From Intoshia linei (taxonomy: Eukaryota > Animalia > Orthonectida): a stretch of 64,000 bases of DNA. Below are positions 1 through 14,524 of this stretch, piece by piece. The translations under genes and the position numbers were made by a program. Below the pieces are notes generated by a model that saw nothing but the letters and a program-made list of their open reading frames with translations, ran no database searches and was not told the DNA's origin. Location of the stretch: assembly GCA_001642005.1 (NCBI GenBank), contig LWCA01000001.1, forward strand, positions 62,001-126,000, in the 5' to 3' direction. The number at the start of each line of letters is the position of its first letter. The stretch's first letter is position 1.

Positions 1-233
1 ATAGAATATAAATTTTGGATTTAATGAGATTTCAAGAAAGATTTTATAATATTTTCTAAAATTTTTTAGTAATAAATATTTTTTTCAGTTTTTATCAAAT
101 TTTCGTATATATTTATGGATATGTATTTCAGGAATAAAAACATTAATATATATCAAACTTTAAATATATTTTAGTTTTTATTAACAGTTTGAGTAATATT
201 AATATTTTAGTTTGTAAACTTATTAAATTTTAG

Positions 234-3200
234 CTACGATAAAATGTCGAAATACGAATTATGGAAAATAATCATAGGCAAAAAGGAGTTTAAAAATGAT
301 ATTTTACGTTATTTAATAAAAAATGATGTCATGTCAAAAATTGATACGCTTGATCTTTTTTCTGATCTAGAACCAGAAAAATCTGAAAGTAAAGTAAAAC
401 TTATTGTACAAAATAAGGACGAAATCACTTCATTTTGTATTAATGATGTAATTTTTATTTTTATGCAGTCATTATTAAAGTTATAATGGGAACCCTTTAA
501 GATGTTATAAAATAATTTTGATGATATGATTGTTCAAACCATTGTTTCTTAACAAGGGTCTACGTGTAATATTCTCTGAAAATAATCTCCAAAATATAAA
601 GCTAGTGTAACGATCGGTTATAGACAAAGAGTTATCAGCATTTCTGTTTTATTACCATAACAATTACAAATTAGTTTATTTTTGTAAAATCGATTATTGC
701 AAAGTTACCAGATGTTGGTATTCTTTCCCGAAGCCTGGGCGACCGCTAAATTGTTATTTTAAAAATCCCACTTTTATCCCACCATTAATAATATTTAATA
801 AAAAATACTATTTCAAACCTGTTATGTAAAAATCCAATTTTACCAACCCTTAACCCTTAAGTTAAGGTAAAGTCTTTTTTCCTACATTTTTTGAAATCTT
901 CGATTTTATCAAACCTTACGAGAAAAAACTATTAATCCAACGACAAAATAAAATACCAAAATTTTAGCAACCATGAAGGAAAAATCCCTTTTTTTGAATA
1001 TTTAGTTCTAAACATTAAAAATTTGTGAGAATCAAAAGCGTCATTGTATTCAGTTTATATTTTACAAATTAGTCATTTATATATTTAAAAAAAATTGCTG
1101 GTACCAGCAAATCGACCACCCTTAGTTATAGACGATTTTATTCATCTGGACACATTGAACCCTGATATCTACATTTATTTATTTGATTTTCTGTTAAAAT
1201 TAAAAAAATGAACAGTTTTTGTTACTAATTGTGTATTTTTTAAAATGAAGATGAGTCAAGTATTCTTTAGGCAGCCAGAGTGAATTTTGCAGAGTCTAGA
1301 CTAGAGTTTCAATTTTACCGACTTTTTCATTAGAGGTAATGATATTGAAACACTAGTCTAGACTCACTCAACTCAGTTTTTATAACAGATTTTACCTGAT
1401 TTTCGCTATATTAAACTATTTTATCATGTCATATATATAGTCATCACATAACTGATTTTTACTGCACGACAATGAAAATTTAGTTTAATTTTACCAAAAT
1501 TTGGTAAAAACCCTGTAATGATTTGATATTTGTAAAAAATTTACATTGAATTAAAACATGAAAATGTTGCAGTTACTTTTCTGTTTATTTGAACTATTAA
1601 TCAAAATTATAAAATCCAATTTTATATATTGTTACATCAAAATTTTAAATGACCTTGTTTATTATAATTTTTTTTAATTCTTTGATTGATGATGGATATA
1701 TTTTTTTAACATTGACAAAGAATATGCATAGCGTTGGTCTAAATTTTTATTATGATTATGTGATATTTTTTAACTAAAATTTATTTAGTTATCAAGCGTA
1801 ATTTTAATTTGGATTAATATTAATAACTTTTTATTTACATTAATATTTTCAGAATTTTTTCAAATATATTTCGTATTCAACTAATAAAAAAATTGTCGAA
1901 CTGGACATTAGCAATTTTTGCATATATCCTGATAACAACTTTGATCAACCAATGTAATTTATTTTGTAAGTCTATAATATTTCAAGCTTTGCTGCAAGAA
2001 AGAAACATGTGTATCTAATGAAAGATGTCTCTTCAACAGTAATTTTTTATATTTAAAATTGATACATAAATGAATACTTTTGGTTCATACAATTAGTGAA
2101 ATAATTAATGGATTTATATTTGAGTCTTTTTGTATTTCCAGAGGTAATTGATTTATTTTTAATATATACGTTTTTAGAAGTTAATTAGGCAGATCAAGGG
2201 AATAGTAAATTTAGTTCATCATCCTATTATGCCTTCTTATTGTATATCTAGAATTTATAATTTTTATATTTATTTTTACCAGATTTGAGTGGATCTAAAA
2301 ATGGGTCAGTAACTTACTGGCATCAGGGCGAATATAAAGAAATATCTTCAGTTCAAAACAGTGGAGCTTTAAATAGAATTTCATCTATGAAATTTTTTAG
2401 AGATGGAAATACGGTTATTCATATTAGCAATATTATTAGATTTGAAAAGTCGGTCAATGAGACCTTATTTTGTAGCAAAAAAATGTATTTATTAGTTTCT
2501 GAGATAATGGAAGTTGAATCATTTATATATACCAACTACCTATTATAATTTACAAATGTATTGTAGATGGCATTATCAGATGTTGATGGACTAGTTTTTG
2601 TCTACAAATGCTTGACAAATTGTGGAATTTTCAAAAAAACATTTGTTCGTTCATTGTTTTAAAAATACAATTTCTAGTTTAGAGTCTAAAATTAAACACT
2701 TGTAACGATTTATGTTTTGTGGGTTCTTCTTCTATAATTGCTTTTGCTGGTCAATACCACGATTCAAAAAACGTTTCATTGTACGACATATTACAATGCT
2801 CAAATACTTCCAAAATAATGGGTACAATTGAGTATGTAAAATTTCATATTTTTTAGATTTGAATGCTGGTTCTTCGGCTTGTGTTTGTATAAAATCTATA
2901 GATGAAACTAACGAAATTTACTGTGGAACAGAAAATGGACAATTTTCTATTTTTGATATACGAAACACACGAAATTGTTTACATTTATCAGACGCTTTTC
3001 ATGGGAATCCCGTGTCTTGTATGGAATTTGAATATTTCAAAGAATACGCTCTGATAGGTTCAAGTAGTGGTACACTAAAGGTTTATTATCATGTTCAATA
3101 ATTTGTATATATTCAGATAATGGATCTAAACACCTACAATTACATTAAAACTATAGAAAACTTACACAACAAATCTACCTTCTTTTTCAAAAAACAAAAC

Positions 3201-3305
3201 ACGGGAATACTAAACATACATATTGATAGACACAACAACCTAATGTCAGCAGGCGCCGACGGCTCCATTAAGTACATAGAACTCCAATCCTTATTTAACA
3301 AATAA
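234..3305 (+). CDS. DMXL: DmX-like / Rabconnectin-3 alpha, C-terminal WD40 region (5'-partial, multi-exon)
   Basis: Spliced exons (234-447, 1853-1953, 1987-2038, ~2178-2242, 2283-2412, ~2568-2645, ~2681-2821, ~2857-3080, ~3118-3305) give KLIVQNKDEITSFCIND, STNKKIVELDIS, LVHHPIMPSYLSGSKNGSVTYW, ALSDVDG, LCFVGSSSIIA and MSAGADGSIK. These match the conserved DMXL1/2 C-terminus. GT-AG introns. Confidence 0.85.
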
Positions 3306-3361
3306 AATGTGTATACTATTTATTTTTTGTTTATAAATTTGTTAAATTGTGTCTAAATAAA

Positions 3362-3949
3362 CTATTCTACTGTACTTCCCATAGGGAACCCGTATTCATT
3401 AAATTTTTCTTGAACAAGAGTTGAATCATGAGAACCATCACAAAATGGGGCATTGTTTGTCTGTTTGCAATTACACAGCCAATAGTGTCCGTCATCTTTT
3501 ACTTTAAATTTGATGGGAGAAAAGCCATCCGTAGACTTGGCTTTATGTGAATGTTGAATAGTTCGGTGTTCACCATCGCAAAACGGCTGGCATATATTTA
3601 TATATATTTTTTTATTATAAAACCTGATTTCTACTAATTCCACAAGTGCACCAATAGTATAATTTTTTAGGTGATAAATGTACTCTGAAAGGCATATTTT
3701 TATAAGGTTCTCCTTTTGTTCGTTCAATTTCATAATCGTTTCTATAATTTGGTTTTTCGATGGGCCGATAATCTTTTTGGGTGTTGGATATTTTTAACAA
3801 ATTTCCGTCCGGTTTATCCGATTTTATTTTTGGAGGCAGGTTCTATAATATGTCTATAAATTACGGAATTTAATTACATTTAACAGGCGCTGACGATCTC
3901 TGTACTTTGTTGTCAATTTTAAAACAATTTTTTCTGGTCGAGATCGCAT
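3362..3949 (-). CDS. CISD3: CDGSH iron-sulfur domain protein 3 (MiNT-like, two CDGSH domains), ~171 aa
   Basis: Exons 3949-3878, 3842-3624 and 3586-3362 (35- and 37-nt introns) join in frame. Motifs WCTCGISRNQPFCDGEH and WLCNCKQTNNAPFCDGSH. Confidence 0.9.
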
Positions 3950-4162
3950 TTATATTGAAAATAAATTTATTTCTTCGTTTTATTATTCAAACTTTGAATT
4001 TCAAAGTGTAAAATTTAAAACTGTAAACGTTAAAGTGTTTTCCAATCGTGGGGCTAAGGCCCACTAGTTACGTATGACGAAATTTGGTGGGCCTGAAAAA
4101 TTTCACGAATTTATTGCAATTATGAAAAGTTAAGATTAATTTAATGTTAATTTTGGACAATA

Positions 4163-4510
4163 CTAGCTTGACTTATGTACTTCGTACAAAAAGCAGCTAG
4201 CTCTGCCGAGAATCGAATTTCTAATTGATTTCAGGTTTTGATTTATGATAATGCTCATGATTTTAAAAAATATTCAAAATGTTTTATAAAATGCTGTAAC
4301 ATTTTTCAAAAACGGATAATTTGGAGGTTTGACCATGAAGATGTAAGTTTCTGAGGTTGAGATTTGTTAAAACGACTTCCAGAAAATAGTTATTTATTAA
4401 AATAAACTTAATTTGGGTTTTTGACCCAGAAGGACTCAATTTCTGATAACATTACTCTGGAAAAAATATATTAGAAATTGGTGATTTTTTAATTATAAGA
4501 CTTAATTTTT
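4163..4510 (-). mobile_element. Non-autonomous Helitron fragment (3' end)
   Basis: Reverse complement reads CTCGGCAGAGCTAGCTGC..TGTACGAAGTACA..CAAGCTAG|T, i.e. a hairpin plus CTAG terminus. Internal ttttgacc..gaag subrepeats shared with the family. Confidence 0.7.
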
Positions 4511-5116
4511 TAATTAGTTAATTAATTAAAGAAGTTTGCAACAATCGTCAGGCTCAGTGATATTAATTCTATCAAATAAATATTATATATAGTTGAACTT
4601 TCGACAATAAAATCCTTCGATTTGTAACTTATTAGAAAATTGTCACTGAATTAATAATAATTCGTTCTTGATTAAACTGATATTGAAGTGGGGCTTAGGA
4701 TTTTTTAAAACTGAAAATGGGGACTAGCACAATAAGGATTGGGAAACATTTGTTTAACATTAGTAAATTTCAGATATTGATGCAATAATTAATTTTATCA
4801 TTCGGTAGGAAAGACAAGTAATTGTTAATTCTCTTCCATCTCTGATTATACTGTAATTAATAACATTTCAAATTAGTAATTGATTATCAAAAAGTTTCAT
4901 CACAAATGGCGCCTAGCTACCAATATTTCTGGGTATATGGTTTGATCTTTTTGGGCATAAATATTGATTTTTTTTAGAAAATTATTATTGAATATTCACA
5001 ACGTGAGTTTCACTCACCTTTTGAAAACAAAGAGCCACGAAACAAGATGTTATTTTAAATAAATTCAAATAAAAATTCAATATAAAATAAATTTATTTAC
5101 AGAGGTAGAATAGAAG

Positions 5117-8100
5117 TTAAGTGGTCTGCTAAAAAATATATAAATAAAGAAAAGATTGAAAAACCTTCATTTTTTTCCCTGATGTTTCATGTTTTAAATA
5201 AAATGCATTTACCGCACATAATATGCATAAAACACCATATAGTGAAATGGCTGCTGTCAAAGAATAGTTTAGCAATACCTAAAAAGGATAAAAATTAAAA
5301 TTGATAGAAATAAGCCATACTTGAGAAACAAATGGGGTCAACATTGCACCTATTCTGGCCATTGAACTGCCGATTCCCAGACCGGAAGATCTCACAATTG
5401 TGGGATAAACCTAATTATAAATGTATGCATGTTTTATTAAAGTTATTGTTCAATATTACCTCAATGGTGTAAATATATATACAATTAAATAATCCGGAAG
5501 TAAAAGCTCTAACAAGAAAAACAAAAAAGGTCAACACCATTTTGTTTGAACTGACAAGAATCAATAAGAATGCTAATCCAGCAATCAAGAAATTTATCAT
5601 TAGTGTATATTTTCGACCTAGCCAGTCTATTGTGAATAAATTGAATGGGATTGCTAAAAATATTTGTTAGCATGATTGACATTTATTTGAAAAATTAGTG
5701 TAAATTAACTAAAGTACCTACAAATTCTCCCAATGTTGCTATTACCATACTGTTATAATCGGAAGACGATAAGGAATTGCAATGACATTGCGATATTTCA
5801 TGGACGGGTGATGTTTCAGTATGAACTAATGGAATATAATTATTATTACATTTGTTCACCTCTGGTAATGTGTTTAAATTCTAGAATTTCTGATTGTCCC
5901 AGGATCATACCATAATATGAAAATGCAACGAGGAACCAAATGAACCAAACTTGCAAACTGGTTCTTAAATAGTCTCCTCGGAATAAATCCATTACATTTG
6001 GTTTTTTTATCTAAAATATAAAAATTAGTTACAAAGAGGATTCGCTCTCGCGATGGTGAAGACGGTTTTCAAATTAATTTGAACATACAACTCAATAAAA
6101 TCAAAAAAACAAATATATAAATGATTTGTAATTTGCGAGCCGGATAAAATCCAATTGGGGGTCGGATTTGGGCCGCGGGCCGTAGATAGGTGGCCACTTC
6201 TCTATATTATATAATTATTTTTCAAAATATGACCTGATTCACCAATTTAATTGCCTCAATATGAATAGTGATTGTATCTGAAAAAAAACCGGAACTCTCT
6301 TTCTTGGTACTACCCGAAAATAATTATATTATTGTATAGTTCATGGAACATATGCTACAGAACGATTTTGTTAATATACTACTTGAGCTACTATCTCGAT
6401 AGCTATTTGAATATGACAAATATGTGTTATCAGTTTTTACTGACGCACCAGGGCACACTGGTTAATTGCTTCTCAAAACTCAAAAACTAATTTATACACT
6501 AAAATTTCGATAATCTAAAATAATAATGCATAAATAAATAGAACAAATGATGTGTTATTTTTGTATAAAAAAAATTTTTTATATCATGTATCACTTAGTT
6601 AAAATTGAAAATATTACGGTTAGAAATTTTTCAATTCTGTGTTTTTGATGAAATCTTTAATCTACTTAAACTAAACTACATTGAAACCTTTAAAAAATGA
6701 AATTGCAGTCGACAGTTAATTGTAATAAAATAAAGGAATTATTACTTACTACAATTTGATAATTCTGATCTATAATATAATCGTAATTCATTAAATTTAA
6801 TTTAAGTTATTTTACAGCACATAAAAAATCTTAAGAATATCTAATATTTATTAGTAAATTATATATTAACTACTCACTCAAAATCTTTTTTTAAAAGTTT
6901 CATAGTAGTAAATCGGTGGTTCCCGATTGGGGTCGAAACTATATTCCTGAAGGCCCGTAAGATTTAAATAAAATATAAAAAAATTTATAAACTTTTGTTT
7001 ATGAGAATATTTAACATTTATTACAGATTTGCCAGACGTTGGGAATTTATCTCAAAGCCAAGAACACCGAAACATTATTATTTAAAAAATCCAATTTTAT
7101 CACACCATTAATACAAAAATACAATTTTAAACCCTTAAGGTGAAAAATTCCATTTTTCCAATACTTTTTTGAAAAACACGATTTTATTAAATCTTATAAG
7201 AAAAAAACCTCTTATTCCAACCACAAAATAAAAAATCCAATTTTAGCAATGCTTAAGAAGAATATCCTCTTTTTCTAATATTTTTATAAAAAAAATTATA
7301 AAAAATTTTATGAGCATCATATTCCTAATCCAAGCCCCACACTAAAAAATACAATTTTACTAATCTTATCATAAAAAACTTTAAAAAAACATTTTTTCAT
7401 AAATGTTTTATATTTCATGTTTCCTTTGGGGTTCAAAAAAAATAATATTTTGAAATAGAAGTACGTACACTATTTGAATCAGGAAACACTGCTGTAAATG
7501 TTGGGTAGAAATAATCATTAAGAATTCTGCAGAATAATAATACAAAGTTTATTTAAATAAGGGTTTTTACTATGAAAATATACTTTTTGGAGTTTCGATT
7601 TATGATAATTAGGGTAATTTTTTAAATAACCTATAAAATAAAAAAAAATAACCTAACGACTGATTTTTAGTAACTTTTAGCTATTATTAGTAACTTTAAA
7701 AAATTTTTTTTGTATACAACTCTAATTTGAATCTTGTTAACTTCAATCGATTAGTTTTCATTTATTCCAAGTATTTTTTGTTTTTATTTCGTACCATTTG
7801 AAAATTCAACATATTAACTAAAATTTTTTTTCTCTAAAAAAATAACTTTCTATTGTTTACCTTCAAGAACGTCTTTCATAGTCAATATTCAGATATATTC
7901 AATATATCTGAATATTAATAATATTAATATGAAAAAAATTAAACTATATATGGATGCAAATGAATAATTAATAGAGTATTTATTGTTGCGATACAAAATT
8001 ATGTATTTTTTGATATTTTCAGGTGTTAATGGTCTCTGTTTAGTTATCATTTTTTTAACAGACTAAAACTGCTTTCTACGCTGATAGATGTAGAAGGAGT

Positions 8101-11100
8101 GTTCCTTAGAGAATGATATAATATTGGAGATTTGTTTATATCTAAATTATTCATAATGGCATATATGTCGTTTTTCGTTAGAGGTTTTTTAATATAATCC
8201 TTTATGCTGCAAGGATCCGAATCAAAGGATCAATCACATTATACATTGTAGGCCTTTTCTATGCTAAATGACGATTCTTGAGCCATTTCTATTACATCTA
8301 ACAGAGATAAATATGTACATATTTGAATCAAAGCATTGTCTAATCTAAGTTGGTTGACAGCCGATTTAGCTCGATTTATTATTAAATCACTAAATAAGGC
8401 CTTAAATTTTTGGGTTGTTCAGTTTAGAGAGTGGAATATCCGCAGATATAAATGCCTCCAAAATTTGGTCAGTAAAATCCTGAGACATTTTTAAAAATTT
8501 AGATAGAGGAGGAGTATCGTTTGGCAATCTGTGTTTTTTTGTGTTTCTGTGAACTTTAATAAAGTGCATTTTTTCATAAGAAACCGTGAAATTGCAATTT
8601 ATAAAACTAAGTGAATTATCAGTTTTCTTGAATTCATTAGGATACATTCATTATGTTGTTCATTTTGAAATGAGGAGATTTTGTAGTTTTTGGTATGCTA
8701 AATGAATTTTACATCATTTCGTGATGATCAAAATTTTTCCTGTAAAAGCGAAACTTTTAAAATAAAATAAAGTGTTTATTTTCAATTTCAAAAAAATAAC
8801 TATTAACTTTATAAAATTTTAATTAGCTAATTAATAAACATAATATTGGTATGATCATGCTTAGAATTGCATACTAATTAACATATAAAAAATTAACTTT
8901 TACTTTCCCTAATTATAATGGTTATGCTTTTAAAAACTATCGAGAATTAATTTTGATAAATATTTGATACTTTTTCATTTTAAAAAACAGGGTACTTTTG
9001 GGTTTTGACTATGAATAAGTACGTTTCTGTGGTTAAGATTTACGACATAGTTAATGAGTTAATGTTAAAACGCATCCAAGAATATATGCTTCTTTAAATT
9101 GTAGGGCTGATTTTATTTTTAAAAAAAGGGACAAATTAGGTTTTTGACCCTGAAGACACTATTTCTGAACAAACTTATTTAAAAGTTTTGAAATAATTTT
9201 AAATTTCTAGAGTAAATTAAATTTTATGCTTTACTTATATAAAATTGAATGTCTGTTTGTTACCGTATATTTCAAAAATTAACAGTCGTTGAATTTAAAA
9301 AACCTAATTTTTAATAGTTTTTCGCAAATGTATTGATATTAGTGTTGGCAATCGATAAAAAATTATCGATAATTTATAGATAAAAGCGTTTCGATAAATT
9401 TTTGAATATTTTTAATATCTATTATTTTTTTATTTTATTATCGCCAACATGACAAATAAAAGATCTAAAGTATGGAATTATTTTACATTAGTAAATAGTA
9501 ATGAAGCTAAATACACAAAATGCTATAAAATTACCAGTGGATTATGTTATCACGTTAAACATGTTGACACTATGAATTTGAACGAAGATACAAACCAAAC
9601 AAAATTGCGAAGGATAGATTTTCTTGTTATTAAAAAATCGATGGAAGAGAGACGGAGGTATCCAAAATGGTAGCTATGGATAATTTCTAATTTAATTGAA
9701 TAGCAAAAAGCGATTTTATTCAAATGGGTTTTAAAAAACGGAACAGTGAATATGACAATACTCCTCCAATTTGCCATAACTCTGTAAAAAGAATGATTCT
9801 ATCGTTTTACAATAAAAAAAAGAAATTTTACCATTCAATTATGTTTATTAAACCTACCAGTTGTGAAGCTGAAAGGGCGTTCTCAATAACTGGTCATTGT
9901 ATAACTAAGAAAAGATCCAGAATATCACCCGATGTTGTTAATGCTTTGGTGTTTTTGAAATCCTACTTTATAAACAAAAATAAATAATATAACAGTTCTA
10001 ATTAATTTTTCAATTTAATTAAAATTTAATTTTCAATTAAATTAGTTTATTATTTTTTATCGATAAAAATATTTCGATAAATTGCCAATACTAGTTGATA
10101 TCTATTTTTCACTTTCGGAATTTGAGTCCTTCAGAGTCATAAATCCAATTTGCCCTTTTTTTTTTAAATAAAATCAGCCCTAAAATTACAAAAAAAACAT
10201 ATATTCTGGTACGCGTTTTAAAATCATTAATATTGTCGTATATACCAACCTAATAACCGTAAATTTTCATGGTCCAAACTCTTTTTCAAAATCTTTCTGA
10301 CTCAATTCAGAACTGTTCAAAAAGAATCTGAAAATAGTAACCAAAAATAAATATTAATCATAGCCTTGCATTTAAGATGACGTATATATACTTTTATAAT
10401 TCTTTAAAAGACTAAGGCTGATAACCCCTCATCGAAAGGTTTTGATCATTTGTCATAACGAAAACAACATATATAATTTATTTTAATAATAACGTCTAGT
10501 ATGATTCAATGCATAGTTTATTCAACTGTTTATTAAATATGCTTATAATGAATAAAACACAACCAAGCTCTTTTGAATGGATTATAATCCATTTCGAAAC
10601 TATCAAAAAACAAATAAAATTATGGAACAATTGAGTTATAGAACCACAATTATTCCCCGTCATTTACTAAAACGATTATTATCAATTATAATTTAAATTT
10701 ACTTTCTAATAAACAATCGTCACATCTGCTATACATAATAAGGTGTATATTAAATATACCTGAACTAATGATATCAAGTTTTTGCTTGGTAAAGTTTTTC
10801 CATTTTTATAAGCAATATAATTTAAAACATTATATGCCTGGTTGTGTCGACCCGATGCGACCAAAAACCTTGCAGATTCCGGCAATGTCTAAAAAACGAA
10901 TATATAATGAAAGTAATATAAAAATATAAATTAAGACACACCCAAACACAGACTGAAGTAAGTAACATTGGTAGAGCCGACACAGCTACCAAAACTCTCC
11001 AACCCCATCTAGGTATAATAATGCTAGCCATTCCAATTTCAAATAGACTACCTACGGCCCACATGAGCTAAAATTGAAATATTAATTATTTTACAAAATT

Positions 11101-11851
11101 GTTAAAATTACACTATAAATGATCAGGACTTTGGCTCGATATTTGCTCGGTAAATATTCTGAAATGAGAGTAAAACTAAACGTAAAATTAAAAACATACT
11201 ATTGGCAAAATTACGATTGAATAGCCCCGCCAAAAGCGAATCCTACTATTCCTCTCAGAATCAGCATCCAATAATAATTTGGACTAAATGCCGTGCCAAT
11301 ACCGAAATACAAAATCCAGATGGACGAAACAAACATGGTCTATTTATAAATTATCAAATGTAAAATTTAAAAGCTTACAATAAGTCTACCATATTTATCG
11401 GAAATTGTTCCCCACAAAAAAGATCCAGAGAACATTCCCACAAATACTATCTAAACTGTAGTTTAATTGTTACCAATACTTTTCATAAATTAAAAAAATA
11501 TACTGTAGTAATAAACGCGACTTGAACTTCAGTTAATTTAAAATCACAACGAAGTGCAGGCGAAAGTACCGACAGCAAAAGCATTTCCAATGCATCAGTT
11601 GCCTAAAAAACATGAATTTGTATTATCCTAAAATTACCGAAAATAAACCACAAACAAAAATTAACCACAATTGAAATTTTCCGAAACCAATATGTTCAAC
11701 GGCGTCTTCAACAGTGTATTCAATTTTAGAAGGGATTTGGTTGAATAAATTATCCGTTTCTTTAGCATCATCTGAATAAATTATTAAACTCTATATATGC
11801 ATTTTTACAGTTTCGTAAAGATTTATAACCGAAATTAGAATTTTGAGACAT
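5117..11851 (-). CDS. SVOP: Synaptic vesicle 2-related protein (MFS transporter, SVOP family)
   Basis: ATG at 11851. Exons give [95 protein letters not shown] and [11 protein letters not shown]. One ~4.75-kb intron (6011-10759); the others are mostly ~35-50 nt. Confidence 0.92.
6914..7491. mobile_element. hAT-type MITE (degenerate)
   Basis: Termini cggtggttccc / ggaaacactg. Flanks tagtaaat / ctgtaaat (6/8 TSD). The interior 7024-7390 resembles 705-1020. Confidence 0.55.
7610..8911 (-). mobile_element. Internally deleted hAT transposon (CGGBP1-related transposase relic)
   Basis: TAGGG...CCCTA termini and TSD atgataat/attataat. Minus-strand peptides include [33 protein letters not shown] and the C-terminal [32 protein letters not shown]. 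Confidence 0.75.
9340..10093 (+). mobile_element. Internally deleted hAT transposon (BED finger plus hAT dimerisation relic)
   Basis: 13-bp TIR tagtgttggcaat/attgccaatacta, TSD attgatat/gttgatat and subterminal tcgata repeats. ORF pieces [20 protein letters not shown] and [40 protein letters not shown]. Confidence 0.88.
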
Positions 11852-12659
11852 GTAAATGTATAATAAATAATAATTACAATTGTAAGGAAACTACAACATT
11901 TGTTACATATAACCTAGATAGAGGTGAATCATGGAGAACAAAGTTACCTAGACTAATGTTCACTAAGACATATCTATTAAAGATATACAAGTTATTCAAA
12001 TATATTATTATACATTATTGAGTACACTGTACAATATGCATCATTCAATATTTCAATTAGATAACATTCATTACGTAGCGACATTATGATAAATTAACAA
12101 CACATATCTAATGTATATAATACTCCAATTACCCATTGTGTCCATTAAACTGGAATTATCGAGAATCTCCACGCGAGGCTCATTATTATCTACCAACTTT
12201 GAATAACTATCCATTTTTTGTTTAAATTATTAAAACAAGTTATTTCAAACGTTTAAAGTTAAATACATTTTATTTCCTAAAATCAATATAAAGTTTATAT
12301 AAACGTAATATTGCATCTATGGATATTAATATTTATGTAATTAATAATTTCATTATTTCTAATATAACATTTTTATTGCAAAATTATTGAATTCTTACCA
12401 AATTATCAATTGAAATAAATTCTTAGTCTAAGCTATTTTTAAAATTTTTTGATAAAGTGTATTACAATCCGCCTGGATTGAAGAATTGGATAAGGAAAAA
12501 ATTACAGGTGGTATTGTTGTATTCTGTTAACACACACAAAAAAATTTCAATCTGAATAAGTGACGATTTCACGGTCAAAAAAGCATTTTAGTATTATAAT
12601 AATACATACCTTGTAAATACCTTAAATTCCAGAAAAAATATAATTTTAAATAAACCTGT

Positions 12660-13450
12660 ATATTTAGTATCTGTTTTTGATGAGTAAAAAATATCAATTT
12701 TGTATCAATAATTAACGGAATCAGCACTTTAGAAACATATTTCAGATGAATTTTACCATTATTGAAAATCGTTGCAATAAATATATAAAAAATAATAACA
12801 ACGTTGTAGTTTTATTAATGCGTTGCTGTCGTTTTAATTTACATTTTAAAGAAAATGTTTTGAAAATGAGAATTTGAACTTGAAACATTGCGTTAGAAAT
12901 AAAAAAAATCCGAAGGAATCAATTATATAGATTTCCACCATATTTCTTCATTGGAAAGGTAATAGACATTCAATAAACATTTTTTTAAATTGTAGGATGA
13001 TTTCTACGGTTCAAATTTTGTATTTATATCAACTGGAATAAGCTGTGTCAGAATAAATTTTTTTTAATTGTACGACCGTATTTGACGATACTGTAATTAT
13101 TTCAAATTTCTTGTTTTATTAACATAAGTATTGTAAAATAATATAATAAAAAAATTAATACTAAAGTGCTTTTTGACCATGACGGCGTCACTTAATTAGA
13201 TTGAAATTTTTTGTGCATTTATTGGATATAACTATATCATCCGTAATTTTTTAACAATTCTAGGGTTTTTTCATTTAAAAAAAAGGGTAATCTGGGTTTT
13301 TGACCGACGTGAAAATTACTTTTTTAAGATTACCATTTATGATAATGGTTATGAACTTAAAAACCATTCCAGAATTTATGTTGTATAAAATTATAAAACT
13401 TTTTTAATTTTTATAAAAAAGGTAATTTTAAGTTTATGTAAAAAGTATCA
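12660..13450 (-). mobile_element. Helitron-family fragment
   Basis: Shares long internal segments (tttgtatttatatcaactggaataagctg; gggtaatctgggttttgacc) with the copies at 15038-16093 and 43190-44060. Confidence 0.6.
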
Positions 13451-14524
13451 CTAAAAAAATGTCATCATAAAATTGTTTTTAAAATTCTCTACACAAATGT
13501 TAAAAATATAAAATTAAGCGGGAATAATTCAAATTAAATTAAAAGATAATGTGAAATGACGTGGTGAAATAAGTTTGGGAACCACTCCATCACCTGAGAT
13601 GAATGATAGAAGAAAACACTATGTATGACAGTTATTTAAAATTTTCTGGTATTCATATTTTTCCGTAACAATGATTGCTCTCAAGACCATACACTCATTG
13701 TGTAATAAATTAAAAAGTAGGTCCTTGACGAAGCTAGTTGATGTTTGTACGAAGTATTAATTAATATCGCGCTAAAACACATTAAAGATATATTTTACAA
13801 ATTGAATTTAATCAGACATTAATTATCGATTAAAACCCACCTCTAAATAGAAATCATATCATTAAATACGATTCGAACCAATGATTGTCTTTATTACCAA
13901 ATGTAAAACAATCAATAAATCTTTTATAAAAACACATTAATTTTTATACTCATTTTGAGTTAATATGAGTTAACAAACAAATATTGCACAAATCAATAAA
14001 AAGTATATTAATTATGTAATTCAAATATAAATAAAGTATATTTATTGATTAAATATATTTGATTATTCCATCGTTCCACCCTGAGCCTCAATTAAAATGT
14101 CAATAAATTAAACAACAATACCCTCGAAATTAATAACATTACATTTTTACACAGAATAGGTTAACACGGTCATATTTTTGGTTAAATAAATTAGTACAAT
14201 ATTTAAGATTATATTGGTTTATTGGAACAGTAAAGATATATAATCAATACCTTTCATTAAATCATCCTAATTGCAAAAATGAAACTATCAATTCGTACCT
14301 CTGTCCTAAATATGATTCAGTTATACTGCTCTAAAATGTACACATTTAAAACAATATTAATTGATATGTGGTTGGTATATCTCATATTTTAGATTGCATA
14401 CTGGTATAATCATATACAAAAGTGAGTGTCTGTTTTATATTAATTAATATTTACTATGTATTGAAGAATTATATATAAATATATATTTTATAGTTGACTA
14501 GTATAAAATCATTATTCACAAAAT

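Noticed and set aside
6234-6500. Exon-like islands in the long SVOP intron (also 10420-10730)
   Set aside because: No phase-consistent, stop-free chain was found. Direct splicing 10760>6010 already gives a canonical SVOP.
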